Of a stretch of 64,000 nt of DNA, positions 27,746 through 40,606 are shown piece after piece. Every line of letters begins with the position of its first letter. Position 1 is the stretch's first letter. The notes beneath the pieces are model-generated. The model was not told where the DNA came from. It saw only the letters and a program-made list of their open reading frames with translations, and did not search any database. This DNA comes from Perna viridis (taxonomy: Eukaryota), in assembly GCA_037379345.1 (NCBI GenBank), contig CM074517.1, positions 20,274,001 to 20,338,000 of the forward strand, written 5' to 3'. The translations under genes and the position numbers were made by a program.

Positions 27746-27930
27746 TGCCTCTTCTTTGGTAGCAAACCACACTCTTAATTTTGACACCACAAATTTAGAC
27801 GATACGGCGTTCAATGTGATGTTATTACGTACTCTTATGAGATCAACATCAAATTGCAGCATATGTTTAAATGGAACTTGTGTGAAAGCAGATAGTGCCG
27901 AAACCAAAGATGTACCCGTTTTTCAAAAAA
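27746..27930 (+). CDS. Giant mucin, C-terminal SEA-like exon (SASSLVANHTLNF...PVFQK)
   Basis: Acceptor CTTTTACAG| phase 2, donor AAA|GTATGG phase 1. SSLVANHTLNF aligns with the GSVVV-x-x-x-L-x-F strand of SEA domains. Confidence 0.8.
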
Positions 27931-28250
27931 GTATGGGTTTAAATCTACACAGTTATAAAAAAATGATCTCAGATTTATCAGATTTACACGATACAATTTA
28001 CATAAGCTACCACATTGTATATGAACATGCATTAATTGGCTAAATCGCTTATTTTATGTGAAGATGTATTGACAATATTTTAACATAAACGTTCAAGATA
28101 CAAGCCTTATATACATATCATTTTCTCTAAACCTTTGCTTATATGAAATAAAATAGGATTTATCGTTTTTTTCCTGTTTAAGAATGATTCAAATATTTCT
28201 TTTTAATCAAAACCAACAATTTTTACAGTTTGTATGATTGATTTTTTTAG

Positions 28251-28332
28251 TCACTCCAGAAACTGATCTGTGCAAACTTTGTGTAAATGAAACAACTTGT
28301 CAAAAAGACAACGAAGGAAAAGAATTGTGTCG
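28251..28332 (+). CDS. Giant mucin, 4-Cys truncated EGF-like exon (ITPETDLCKLCVNETTCQKDNEGKELC)
   Basis: Acceptor TTTTTTTAG| phase 1 and donor CG|GTAATT phase 2. It links 27930 to 30385 in frame. Confidence 0.8.
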
Positions 28333-28461
28333 GTAATTAGAATAAAGCTTCGTAGTTTCCAAGTAATGTAATTAAAAACAGATACGAAGGAAATTCAATG
28401 GCATTCTTTATATGATTATTTAAAACAAATGTCACTTGTTTTCTATTTTGACCTATTCATA

Positions 28462-29950
28462 CCTATACTGCTACCACTCTCTCCAAAGAAGAGATTGTGG
28501 AAAACCATAAATCTGTGCTAACCTCTTTTGCACTCTCTACCAAGGACAATGAAGGTGGTTTACCGTCTATGTTCTGGATTCCTAAACTCCACAAGAATCC
28601 ATACAAACAATGTTTCATAGCTAGATCTGCAAAATGTACCACCAAACCTCTTTCAAAACTTTTAACTTCTATACTCACAACTGTCAAAGAGGGTCTGCAG
28701 TGCTACCACAACACTTGTTACTCCCGTAGTGGTATTCATTCAATGTGGATCCTGAAAAATTCGAAAGATCTTTTGGAGACAATCAGTTCAAGACTATTAT
28801 CTGAATATAATAGCATTAAAACCTATGATTTTTCAACAATGTATACTCCCCATACTCAGTTAAAGTCCCGACTTAAAAACAGTATACATCGTTGTTTTTT
28901 CCAAAAAAGATGGTACACCTAGATACAAATATATAGTTCTTGGTAAAGATTCTTCATACTTTGTAAGAAATAATTCCAAATCATCTTCCAGATATACAGA
29001 GGAAGATGTTTACAAAATGCTGGAATTTTTAATCGACAACATATTTGTCCAGTGTGATGGACGTGTTTTTCAACAAACGGTCGGCATTCCAATGGGAACA
29101 AATTGTGCTCCTTTACTTGCTGACCTATTTCTTCACTCTTATGAGGCTGACTTTATAGCTGATCTGATCAGAAAGAAAGAATATCATTTAGCTAGATCCT
29201 TTTATCTCAGTTTCCGCTATATAGATGACGTATTATCTTTAAACAATCCTAATTTCAGGGATTTGATACATCGCATCTACTCAAAAGAACTTGAGATAAA
29301 GGATACTACAGACACTGTGAAGTCAGCCTCATATCTTGACCTACACTTACAAATCGATGGTAAAGGAAAACTCTTGACCAAACTTTACGACAAACGTGAT
29401 GACTTTTTATTCAGAATTGTCAACTTTCCTTTCATCTGTGGAAACATCCTATTCATATCACAACTCATACGTTATACCAGAGTTTTCCGAAACTACGCAG
29501 ACTTTTTGTATCGCGCTAGAACTCTAACAAATAGGCTTCTGGAACAGGGTTATGTTGCAACAAGATTGAAGTCATCACTACAGAAGTTTTATGGTCGTCA
29601 ACATGAACTCGTGGATCGTTATGGTGTATCCATCAGCACTATGAAAACTGATTTATTCAACGGTTAAAAGTTTTCTTTTCCTCGTTTGGCTACTCCGGAC
29701 TTGACTTTTTATGAGCAACTCGGCGGGTGTTTCTAGAAAAGCAGAGGACGCTTACCCTACCGGTGCACCTGGTCAATGCTCCTAGTTTTTAGTGGAGTCC
29801 GAGTTGCTCATTTACTTTTGTTACTTTGTATGTATGATTTTAGTTACTTTATGTTCTTTGTTGTGTATGTCTGTTTTCCATGTCTGGTCTTTGTCCCTGG
29901 AATACATTCTTTTGATTACTGCTATAACCTTGGTTCCCTTGATTACTCTT
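28462..29950 (+). mobile_element. 5'-truncated Penelope-like retroelement (RT plus 3' tail), possibly Naiad-type; best-preserved copy, frameshifted
   Basis: Motifs WIPKLHKNP, TYDFSTMYT, QTVGIPMGTNCAPLLADLFL, FRYIDD and SYLDL. The ORF stops after the thumb region with no C-terminal GIY-YIG domain. One frameshift near 28900. Confidence 0.9.
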
Positions 29951-30384
29951 TCAATTTAATTCTTATAATGAATTTTATGTTATATCTGCTTAAGCATAAC
30001 ATTTTAAATTATATTAAATAATGCCAACCGACATTTATTGAAAATACTGATTAACAAACAAAAGTTCTTTGTAATCTGCCCATGTGAATTTTTGACGTAC
30101 ACAATAATCAAGATTCAAACTGTAAAGAGTGGGTGTCAACTTAGAGACGACAGCAAAATATTGTACTTTACTTCTACCAAAATGCCTGTTAAAGTGCGCA
30201 ATATTACAAAACAATTAATTATATAAATAATTATACAACAGAATGATCCGGTTTAATCAAATACGACTGAATTATGTATTTTTTCTTTCTTTTGTTTGTC
30301 AGCAAATATAAAACAAACGTCTTTTTTTTCGTCTTCGATATAAGCTCCGATATAAGCTCTTAACTCTCATTTTGGTTTCAACAG

Positions 30385-33300
30385 TGATTATATTGTGAAT
30401 GTAACTGAAACGACAACTGATTACACTAATAAGGTATCAACAGTGATATCAATGGATACAGCAAAATCAGCGACATCAAAGTCTTTGAAATCAGCCTATA
30501 CAGTGTCAAAATCCAATGAGTCTTTGACTTCAACCGAGGCAGAATCAACTACCACTGAGTCTATGACATCAGCTTATACAGTATCAACTTCCAATGAGTA
30601 TTTGACATCAACCGAAGCAGAATCAACTACCACTGAGTCTTTCACTTCAACCGATGAAGAATCAACTACCAATGAGTCTTTGTCATCAACCGATACAGAA
30701 TTTACTACCAATGAGTCTTTGACATCAACCAATACAAAACCAACCACCAATGAGTCTTTGACTTCAATCGATACAGAATCATTAATGACTGAGTCTATGA
30801 CATCAGCTTATACAGTATCAACTTCCAATGAGTATTTTACTTCAACCGAGGCAGAATCAACTACCACTGAGTCCTTGACATCAATCGATACAGAATTTAC
30901 TACCAATGAGTCTTGGACATCAACCGAAGAAGAATCAACTACCACTGAGTATTTGACATCAACCAATACAGAATCAACTACCAATGAGTCTTCGTCATCA
31001 ACCGATACAGAATTTACTACCACTGAGTCTTTGACATCAACCAATACAGAATCAACTACCAATGAGTCTTCGTCATCAACCGATACAGAATTTACTACCA
31101 ATGAGTCTTTTGCATCAACCGATACAGAATTTACTACCACTGAGTCTTTGACATCAACCGATACAGAATTTACCACCAATGAGTCTTTGACTTCAATCAA
31201 TACAGAATCAACGATCACTGAGTCTTTGACTTCAACCGAGGCAGAATCAACTACCACTGAGTCTTTGATATCAACCGATACAGAATTTACTACCAATGAG
31301 TCTTTGACTTCAATCGATACAGGATCAACGATCACTGAGTCTCTGACATCAGCTTATACAGTATCAATTTCCCATGAGTCTTTGACTTCAACCGAAGCAG
31401 AATCAACTACCACTGAGTTTTTGACATCAACCGATACAGAATTTACTACCAATGAGTCTTTGACATCAACCGAAGCAGAATCAACTACCACTGAGTATTT
31501 GACATCAACCAATACAGAATCAACTACCAATGAGTCTTTGACTTCAACCGAGACAGAATCAACTACCACTGAGTCTTTGACTTCAACCGAGACAGAATCA
31601 ACTACCACTGAGTCTTTGACATCAACCGATACAGAATTTACTACCAATGAGTCTTTGACATCAACCGAAGCAGAATCAACTACCACTGAGTCTTTGACAT
31701 CAACCGATACAGAATTTACTACCACTGAGTCTCTGACATCAACCGATACAGAATTTACTACCAATGAGTCTTTGACATCAACCAATACAGAATCAACTAC
31801 CAATGAGTCTTTGTCATCAACCGATACAGAATTTACTACCAATGAGTCTTTTGCATCAACCGATACAGAATTTACTACCACTGAGTCTTTGACATCAACC
31901 GATACAGAATTTACCACCAATGAGTCTTTGACTTCAATCAATACAGAATCAACGATCACTGAGTCTTTGACTTCAACCGAGGCAGAATCAACTACCACTG
32001 AGTCTTTGACATCAACCGATACAGAATTTACTACCAATGAGTCTTTGACTTCAATCGATACAGGATCAACGATCACTGAGTCTCTGACATCAGCTTATAC
32101 AGTATCAATTTCCCATGAGTCTTTGACTTCAACCGAAGCAGAATCAACTACCACTGAGTATTTGACATCAACCAATACAGAATCAACTACCAATGAGTCT
32201 TTGACTTCAACCGAGACAGAATCAACTACCACTGAGTCTTTGACTTCAACCGAGACAGAATCAACTACCACTGAGTCTTTGACATCAACCGATACAGAAT
32301 TTACTACCAATGAGTCTTTGACATCAACCGAAGCAGAATCAACTACCACTGAGTCTTTGACATCAACCGATACAGAATTTACTACCAATGAGTCTTTGAC
32401 ATCAACCGAAGCAGAATCAACTACCACTGAGTATTTGACATCAACCAATACAGAATCAACTACCAATGAGTCTTTGACTTCAACCGAGACAGAATCAACT
32501 ACCAATGAGTCTTCGTCATCAACCGATACAGAATTTACTACCAATGAGTCTTTGACATCAACCGATACAGAATTTACTACCAATGAGTCTTTGACTTCAA
32601 TCAATACAGAATCAACGATCACTGAGTCTTTGACTTCAATCAATACAGAATCAACGATCACTGAGTCTTTGACTTCAACCGAGGCAGAATCAACTACCAC
32701 TGAGTCTTTGACATCAACAGATACAAAACCAACCATCAATGAGTCTTGGACTTCAATCGATACAGAATCAACGATCACTGAGTCTATGACATCAGCTTAT
32801 ACAGTATCAACCTCCAATGAGTATTTGACATCAACCGAAGCAGAATCAACTACCACTGAATCTTTCACTTCAACCGATGAAGAATCAACTACCAATGAGT
32901 CTTTGTCATCAACCGAGGCAGAATTTACTACCAATGAGTCTTTGACATCAACCAATACAAAACCAACCACCAATGAGTCTTTGACTTCAATCGATACAGA
33001 ATCAACGATCACTGAGTCTATGACATCAGCTTATACAGTATCAACTTCCAATGAGTATTTGACTTCAACCGAGGCAGAATCAACTACCACTGAGTCTTTG
33101 ACATCAACCGATACAGAATTTACTACCAGTGAGTCTTTGACATCAACCGAAGCAGAATCAACTACCACTGAGTATTTGACATCAACCGATACAGAATTTA
33201 CTACCAATGAGTCTTTGACTTCAATCGATACAGGATCAACGATCACTGAGTCTATGACATCAGCTTATACAGTGTCAATTTCCCATGAGTCTTTGACTTC

Positions 33301-35702
33301 AACCGAGACAGAATCAACTACCACTGAGCCTTTGACATCAACCGATACAAAATTTACTACCACTGAGTCTTTGACATCAACCGATACAAAATTTCCTACC
33401 AATGAGTCCTTGACTTCAATCGATACAGGATCAACGATCACTGAGTCTATGACATCAGCTTATACAGTATCAACTTCCAATGAATCTTTGATTTCAACCG
33501 AGGTAGAATCACCTACCACTGAGTACTTGACATCAACCGATACGGAAGTTACTACCAATGAGTCTTTGACTTCAACCGAGGCAGAATTTACTACCAATGA
33601 GTCTTTGACATCAACCGATACAAAACCAACCATCAATGAGTCTTTGACTTCAATCGATACAGAATCAACGATCACTGAGTCTATGACATCAGCTTATACA
33701 GTATCAACTTCCAATGAGTATTTGACATCAACCGAAGCAGAATCAACTACCACTGAGTCTTTCACTTCAACCGATGAAGAATCAACTACCAATGAGTCTT
33801 TGTCATCAACCGATACAGAATTTACTACCAATGAGTCTTTGACATCAACCAATACAAAACCAACCACCAATGAGTCTTTGACTTCAATCGATACAGAATC
33901 ATTAATGACTGAGTCTATGACATCAGCTTATACAGTATCAACTTCCAATGAGTATTTGACTTCAACCGAGGCAGAATCAACTACCACTGAGTCCTTGACA
34001 TCAATCGATACAGAATTTACTACCAATGAGTCTTGGACATCAACCGAAGAAGAATCAACTACCACTGAGTATTTGACATCAACCAATACAGAATCAACTA
34101 CCAATGAGTCTTCGTCATCAACCGATACAGAATTTACTACCAATGAGTCTTTGACATCAACCGATACAGAATTTACTACCAATGAGTCTTTGATTTCAAT
34201 CAATACAGAATCAACGATCACTGAGTCTTTGACTTCAACCGAGGCAGAATCAACTACCACTGAGTCTTTGACATCAACCGATACAGAATTTACTACCAAT
34301 GAGTCTTTGACTTCAACCGATACAGGATCAACGATCACTGAGTCTATGACATCAGCTTATACAGTATCAATTTCCCATGAGTCTTTGACTTCAACCGAGA
34401 CAGAATCAACTACCACTGAGTCTCTGACATCAACCGATACAGAATTTACTACCAATGAGTCTTTGACATCAACCAATACAGAATCAACTACCAATGAGTC
34501 TTCGTCATCAACCGATACAGAATTTACAACCAATGAGTCTTTTGCATCAACCGATACAGAATTTACTACCACTGAGTCTTTGACATCAACCGATACAGAA
34601 TTTACCACCAATGAGTCTTTGACTTCAATCAATACAGAATCAACGATCACTGAGTCTTTGACTTCAACCGAGGCAGAATCAACTACCACTGAGTCTTTGA
34701 CATCAACCGATACAGAATTTACTACCAATGAGTCTTTGACTTCAATCGATACAGGATCAACGATCACTGAGTCTCTGACATCAGCTTATACAGTATCAAT
34801 TTCCCATGAGTCTTTGACTTCAACCGAGACAGAATCAACTACCACTGAGTCTTTGACATCAACCGATACAGAATTTACTACCAATGAGTCTTTGACATCA
34901 ACCGAAGCAGAATCAACTACCACTGAGTATTTGACATCAACCAATACAGAATCAACTACCAATGACTCTTTGACTTCAACCGAGACAGAATCAACTACCA
35001 CTGAGTCTTTGACTTCAACCGAGACAGAATCAACTACCACTGAGTCTTTGACATCAACCGATACAGAATTTACTACCAATGAGTCTTTGACTTCAACCGA
35101 GACAGAATCAACTACCACTGAGTCTTTGACATCAACCGATACAGAATTTACTACCAATGAGTCTTTGACATCAACCGAAGCAGAATCAACTACCACTGAG
35201 TATTTGACATCAACCAATACAGAATCAACTACCAATGAGTCTTTGACTTCAACCGAGACAGAATCAACTACCACTGAGTCTTTGACTTCAACCGAGACAG
35301 AATCAACTACCACTGAGTCTTTGACATCAACCGATACAGAATTTACTACCAATGAGTCTTTGACATCAACCGAAGCAGAATCAACTACCACTGAGTATTT
35401 GACATCAACCAATACAGAATCAACTACCAATGAGTCTTTGACTTCAACCGAGACAGAATCAACTACCACTGAGTCTTTGACTTCAACCGAGACAGAATCA
35501 ACTACCACTGAGTCTTTGACATCAACCGATACAGAATCAACTACCAATGAGTCTTTGACTTCAACCGAGACAGAATCAACTACCACTGAGTCTTTGACTT
35601 CAACCGAGACAGAATCAACTACCACTGAGTCTTTGACATCAACCGATACAGAATCAACTACCAATGAGTCTTTGACATCAACCGACAACCGTAGTTTATT
35701 AG
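30385..35702 (+). CDS. Giant mucin, PTS exon 2 (5,318 nt; acidic 13-aa repeats)
   Basis: Acceptor TTTGGTTTCAACAG| phase 2 and donor TAG|GTAATA phase 1. Uninterrupted T/S/E-rich ORF. Confidence 0.92.
30480..35686 (+). repeat. Coding minisatellite, 39-bp unit (ESLTSTDTEFTTN-like), about 133 copies with higher-order blocks
   Basis: GAGTCTTTGACATCAACCGATACAGAATTTACTACCAAT and variants repeat in register throughout. Confidence 0.98.
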
Positions 35703-36183
35703 GTAATAAAATCAGTTTGATATTCTTTTCAAATATTTTGAATTGAAAGTTATTTACATGAACACCGACCAAACGTGTATATTCATTCAACTTTAATATT
35801 CTGTTATTTATTTTAAGTGCTACAAATCACTATCGTTTTTACAATTAAGGTTTGCTTTTAAAAATAGTTAGAACTTATATCTTTTAACTTGTATACTGTT
35901 TCTTATTATTCCTGTTTAGTGGATAACAATATCGCTCTAATGAATAGTATAAATAGTACACGAACAATTATCGAAAGTTCAGATGTAAAGTTATGCAATT
36001 ATTGTAAGAACTAAATAATGCATGTGGACTCTTCTTTCGATCTTTTAAAAAAATCCTGTTATAGTATTTATATTTTGCCACAAAATATTAAATGATATTT
36101 TATCTATTAATGACATTATCAATTTTTGACAATTAAATTATGGAGTGATGCAGGCTATATAAAAATCTTAAAATTAATTTCAG

Positions 36184-36319
36184 AGACTTCAAATCTGGGG
36201 TTTTATGTTGGAGTTCCTTTAGTAAGTGTTGTACTGTTTATTATCGGATTGATAATCGTTACCAAAATTAACAGACAAAGACGAAATATGAGACATCGAC
36301 ATAACATACGTTTTCGCAG
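36184..36319 (+). CDS. Giant mucin, transmembrane exon
   Basis: Acceptor TTAATTTCAG| phase 1 and donor CAG|GTATCG phase 2. Hydrophobic LGFYVGVPLVSVVLFIIGLIIVT is followed by basic KINRQRRNMRHRH. Confidence 0.9.
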
Positions 36320-36609
36320 GTATCGTATATTACATGTATTATGTATAAGTTTCTACAATTAATGTGGATTTAATAAATAATCAATAATTAATAAATGGAT
36401 TGTTTTTGTATCTTCAATGTCGTAAGAATAGGATTCAAATTCTTTTAAATTTGTTTTCTTTAAATTGTTTCTTGAAACTGTTTTGTTTTGTTTTGTTTTC
36501 GTTTCATCAACATCCAAAAATATTCTTACTGTCTTAGTGCGGTAGTAGACTACCAGAATTTTATTGCAGTCCTATAATGTTACAGTGGTGTTTATGACAA
36601 GTTGGCAAA

Positions 36610-37855
36610 AATCAATATTTTGTAATATTAAAAAATATGTTTTTGATATAAAAAAATCATTATTTTAATATTCGAAAAAAAATATTTGATATTAGAAATT
36701 CATTTTGTAATATTACAATCTGAATTTGTAATGTTAGAAAATGAATTTGTAATATTAGAAAAAAAAATCACTTTGCAATATTGCAAAATCAGTCACATTT
36801 TAAAAATTATAAAATGATTTTCTAATATTGAAAAATCATAATGGAATACAACAAATCCATTTTTTTCTTATATTATACATTCTATTTCTAATATTAAGAA
36901 ATCAATTTCTAATAATAAAATATCGTTTTTGAATATTAATAAGGGGTTTTGTGATCTTTGGAAATCTAATTTGTAATATTTAAAAATGAATGTGTAATAT
37001 TTAAAAATGAATTTGTAATATTTTTAAAGAGTAATCAAGGGAACCTAGGTTATAGCGGTAATCAAAAGAATGTAATCCAGGGACGAAGACCAGACATGGA
37101 AAACAGACATTCACAACAAAGAACATAAAGTAACTTATACATATAAAGTAACAAAAGCAAATGAGCAACTCGGACTCCACTAAATACTGGGAGCATGGAC
37201 CAGGTGCACCGTTAGGGTAAGCGTCCTCTGCTTTTCTAGAAACATACACGAGTTCCTCATAAAAAGTCAAGTCAATGGGTAGACAAACGAGGAAAGGAAA
37301 ACTATAACCCGTTGAATAAATCAGCTTTCATGGTGCAGGTGGATACACCATAACGATCCACGAGTTCATGAAGACGACCATAAAACTTTTGTAGTGATGA
37401 CTTTAGTCTTGTAGCAACAAAACCCTGTTCCAGAAGCCTATTTGTTAGAGTTCTAGTGCGATACAAAAAGTCTGTGTATTTTCTAATATACAAAAAGATC
37501 CTTTTTTATATTAGCAAATACCTATATTTTGTAATATATGGGAGACATATATATTTTTTAATAATAAAAAAAAATGATTTTGTAATATTAGAAAGATATT
37601 TTTGAATATTAGAATTAGAAATCCATTGTTTAATATTAATAGTTAATTTTCCAATATTACTAATTTTTTATTTAGTAACAGTAGCAAATGAATTCCTAAT
37701 ATTAAAACAAATACCTTACAATATTGCAAAATCAGTCACATTTTCAATGTTGCAAAATGATTTTCTAATATTAAAAAATCGTATTTCAATATCCCAAATC
37801 AACTTTTTGATATAAGAAAATCATTATTTTTTTAAATTAAAAAATCGTATTTTAA
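36610..37855. repeat. Degenerate AT-rich ~21-bp tandem array (TTTGTAATATTAGAAAATGAA-like), split by a Penelope-like insertion
   Basis: TAATATTA-centred units recur on both sides of 37027-37478. CAATATTGCAAAATCAGTCACATTTT occurs at 36776 and 37719. Confidence 0.65.
37027..37478 (-). mobile_element. Penelope-like 3' fragment
   Basis: Encodes LTNRLLEQGFVATRLKSSLQKFYGRLHELVDRYG plus the full family tail. Confidence 0.9.
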
Positions 37856-38437
37856 TTTACATGCATTGAAGCAATTGAATATGTGTGGCTATTGCGTAAA
37901 CCTGTGGTAATAGGTGTCATAACAAAATATTTTGGAAATTAAAGAAGAAAAAAACGGTAATTGAAGATAAGAAATTGCATTTTAATAGAAACACTTCAAT
38001 CCGAAATATCAAGCAAAAACATGCACCGACGTCGTCAGGCTTTAACTTAAAACGTTTCCTCTAAAGTATAATTGCTTTGTATAACAGCAAAGTAAGTTAT
38101 GAAAACCACACTGCAAACTTAGTGTTATACGCTACGCAATGTTTACTGATCAGATATGAGTTTATTTTTTAACTAAAAATTTATATTTTTATCAACTCAC
38201 CAAACCTTTTTTGTGCTGTAGCTAATGACTGAAAGTGTGCTTCCATGAAAATATTCTACAGAAAGTTTTATATTTAGTACAAACATGACAAAAACACATT
38301 TCAAAGGATTGATTTTTACTTATATCTATACTTTTGTCATTCAGTTCTTCATTAGTTTGGAACTTTTTGTAAAATGAGGATTTTTTTTCTAGAGAAAATA
38401 TTGAACAATTTATTTTTAATTTCTTATCTGGTTTCAG

Positions 38438-38485
38438 ATTCAGGGGTAAATCGCTTTTGGTCCCTTCGACAAATGACCGTATACC
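38438..38485 (+). CDS. Giant mucin, cytoplasmic exon (RFRGKSLLVPSTNDRI)
   Basis: Acceptor GGTTTCAG|, donor CC|GTAAGA, phase 2-2, open frame. Confidence 0.7.
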
Positions 38486-38593
38486 GTAAGACAGACTTCA
38501 GTGTCCTTGATATGGATTCATTTTTCTAAATGTGTACTTATTGTTTTATACTAAACTTAGTAAGAAACAAATAATGCTTTTTGTTTTGTTAAG

Positions 38594-38733
38594 CGATCAA
38601 CAAAATCATGGTTTCTCTCATGGAAGGATTGTGACTCGATTTAATACGTGGAACAGACTAGGCAACGTATACGGAAGATGGGATGAAGATGACGAAGAAT
38701 CATACATTGAACAACCTATTTGTAATCTCTCTG
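38594..38733 (+). CDS. Giant mucin, cytoplasmic exon (DQQNHG...WDEDDEESYIEQPICNLS)
   Basis: Acceptor TTTTGTTAAG| phase 2 and donor CTG|GTTTGT phase 1. An alternative phase-1 donor lies at 38746. Confidence 0.65.
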
Positions 38734-39683
38734 GTTTGTATAAAAGTAAATTTACGGAACTGTTTTCTACTTGATATAAATACAGCGTTTTACGATAATA
38801 TAGGTTTAAGAATAAACTGTATTGTAGCGCAACATATAGTTAGAAATATTCACCTTTTTTTTAAATAGTGAGAAATATTCATCTTCTTTTTAAGTAGTGA
38901 CATTTTTGTTTCTTTTGTTTAACGGTAGTTTTTGTTTTGTTTTGTTTTGTTTTGGTTTTGGTTTTTTTTTCATGTATTGTTTTGTTTGTGCTTGTATTTG
39001 TGTAAGTGTTTTGTTTTTGTTTTTGTTTTTGTTTTTGTTTTTTTTTTGGAGGGTTTAGGGAGGAAGTTTATGGTGGCATATAGTTTTAAATTATGACAAT
39101 TTTGATAGTGTAACCGTTAATCGACACGCTTATCAGAAACTTTATTTTGTATGCTTTGATATTCTTTAATTATCTACAACAGCAATGCATCCTATCATAA
39201 TCAACAATTGATGAGAGGCATTATCAAGCACATTCTGAAGGTGAACATTTCAGATGATTTAACCCTGATACGACAATCATAATCCCCTAACAATGAGCAA
39301 TTCAAAGAAGAATAACAGGAAAATATTTCTTCATGGTTTTGTAGGGAATTTCTTTGTAATTTCCGGTTAAAAGTGAATGTTCACATATATAAGGAAAAAA
39401 TCAGATCAATTGTTATTATTATTTTATTTATTTATTCATTTATTCATTTATTTTTACTTTTTTTCGCATTTTTTGCATTTTGTTTGAAATAATTACATTG
39501 TGATATCTTTTTAATACATTTTAAAATTCAACAAAATAGCAGCATATCTTGCCTATCCTAGTTACCGCTGAGAGAGAAAGACAGAGATAAAACAGCTGAT
39601 CCCCTGAGATTGCTGCAGATGTATGTAAGCGGTTATATATCAATTCATGTCTTAAGTTTTATATGTCATTTTTGCTTTTTCAG

Positions 39684-39748
39684 GAAGTTCAAGGAAATAT
39701 AATTCCACGTGGGAGTATATATATGAAACTCTTGGAGGAAAAGAAAAG
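39684..39748 (+). CDS. Giant mucin, cytoplasmic exon (GSSRKYNSTWEYIYETLGGKEK)
   Basis: Acceptor TTTTGCTTTTTCAG| phase 1 and donor AAG|GTAAAC phase 0. Confidence 0.7.
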
Positions 39749-39983
39749 GTAAACGGTTATTAATACAATTGAAATGTATTCGTTTAGTTGATATGCGAAC
39801 GACGTCTTTACTCATATATTTTAAAGGGTTAAGGTAAATTCAGCTTCCATGGTGATTTCCTGTCGTTCCACGTAAAATTAAAAAAGTTATTAATTGTATA
39901 TTGAAATTTCAAAATGCAGGTGTATGACACACTAACCTTAATTTCATCTTAAAATCTAGCTATCTACTTGTAATTAATTTCAG

Positions 39984-40034
39984 TTTTCCATAGAACGTCC
40001 TAAAGCCAGTCTCGAATTTAACAGAGTATACATG
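39984..40034 (+). CDS. Giant mucin, cytoplasmic exon (FSIERPKASLEFNRVYM); read-through would stop at 40067
   Basis: Acceptor AATTTCAG| phase 0 and donor ATG|GTAGGT. The F-x-I-x-R-P motif resembles tails of SEA-type membrane mucins. Confidence 0.7.
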
Positions 40035-40260
40035 GTAGGTGAATGTTTTCGCAAGTTATTAAAATGAGTAAAAACTAATTACTCATTACACCTTCAGCAC
40101 TTGCACTAGGAACTAAAAAATGGTTTCATATTAAGTGCTTTGAACGGGTAAGCTATGTATGTCTTGCTCCACCTGCAAACACTTGTAACATTGCAAGTGT
40201 AAGTGAGTAAAATCCGGTAAGCGTTAAATTCCGTACCTTGTTCATCCGGTCTGATTTAGA

Positions 40261-40424
40261 AAGAGTAATCAAGGGAACCAAGATTCTAGTGAAAATTAAA
40301 GGAATGTAATCCAGAAATAAAGCCAGACATAGAAAAGAGACAAACGTAATAAATAGCATAAAGTGACTAAAATATTAAATAAAACGTATCAAAAGTAAAT
40401 GAGCAACTCGGACTCCACTAAAAC
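40261..40424 (-). mobile_element. Penelope-like 3' tail fragment
   Basis: AAGAGTAATCAAGGGAACCAAG...ATGAGCAACTCGGACTCCACTAAAA. Confidence 0.85.
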
Positions 40425-40606
40425 ATTAAGTTCGAATAATTTTGTTACCTTATGAAACAGAGAATAAAGGTGACCTCTCGCAAATATATACATCCTGCAG
40501 CTAACGCAACTCACAATTCAAAAAAATTAACATATCAATCAATTACATGTTTATGCTTTGGTTTTAAAAAAAACATGCATAACACTTTCAATATTTATGC
40601 TTTCAG

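Noticed and set aside
29668-29950. SECIS element or hammerhead ribozyme in the Penelope-like tail
   Set aside because: There is no in-frame UGA in the retained ORF, no convincing SECIS geometry and no hammerhead core.
29776-30021. Recurrent small hydrophobic ORFs (SGVRVAHLLLLLCMYDFSYFMFFVV...) as a membrane peptide family
   Set aside because: They are translations of the T-rich Penelope-like tail. Starts, stops and frames differ among copies.
30480-35686. 39-bp periodic array as a CRISPR-like or non-coding repeat system
   Set aside because: There are no unique spacers. The units are whole codons in one open frame bounded by splice sites in a eukaryotic gene.
30808-35790. Antisense V/D/S-rich ORFs
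   Set aside because: They are the reverse-complement reading of the 39-bp repeat, broken wherever the SAY unit creates a stop.
35920-35984. Extra exon VDNNIALMNSINSTRTIIESSD before the TM exon
   Set aside because: The acceptor is good and the frame open, but the best donor is phase 0 while the next exon needs phase 1. 35702>36184 joins directly. Unresolved without RNA data.
38925-39047. (TTTTG)n tracts here and near 36480, 55455 and 57970
   Set aside because: Ordinary low-complexity microsatellites.
39183-39624. Two further exon-like segments (39183-39240 and ~39562-39624)
   Set aside because: They give stops in the phase required by the neighbouring exons. 38733>39684 joins cleanly without them.
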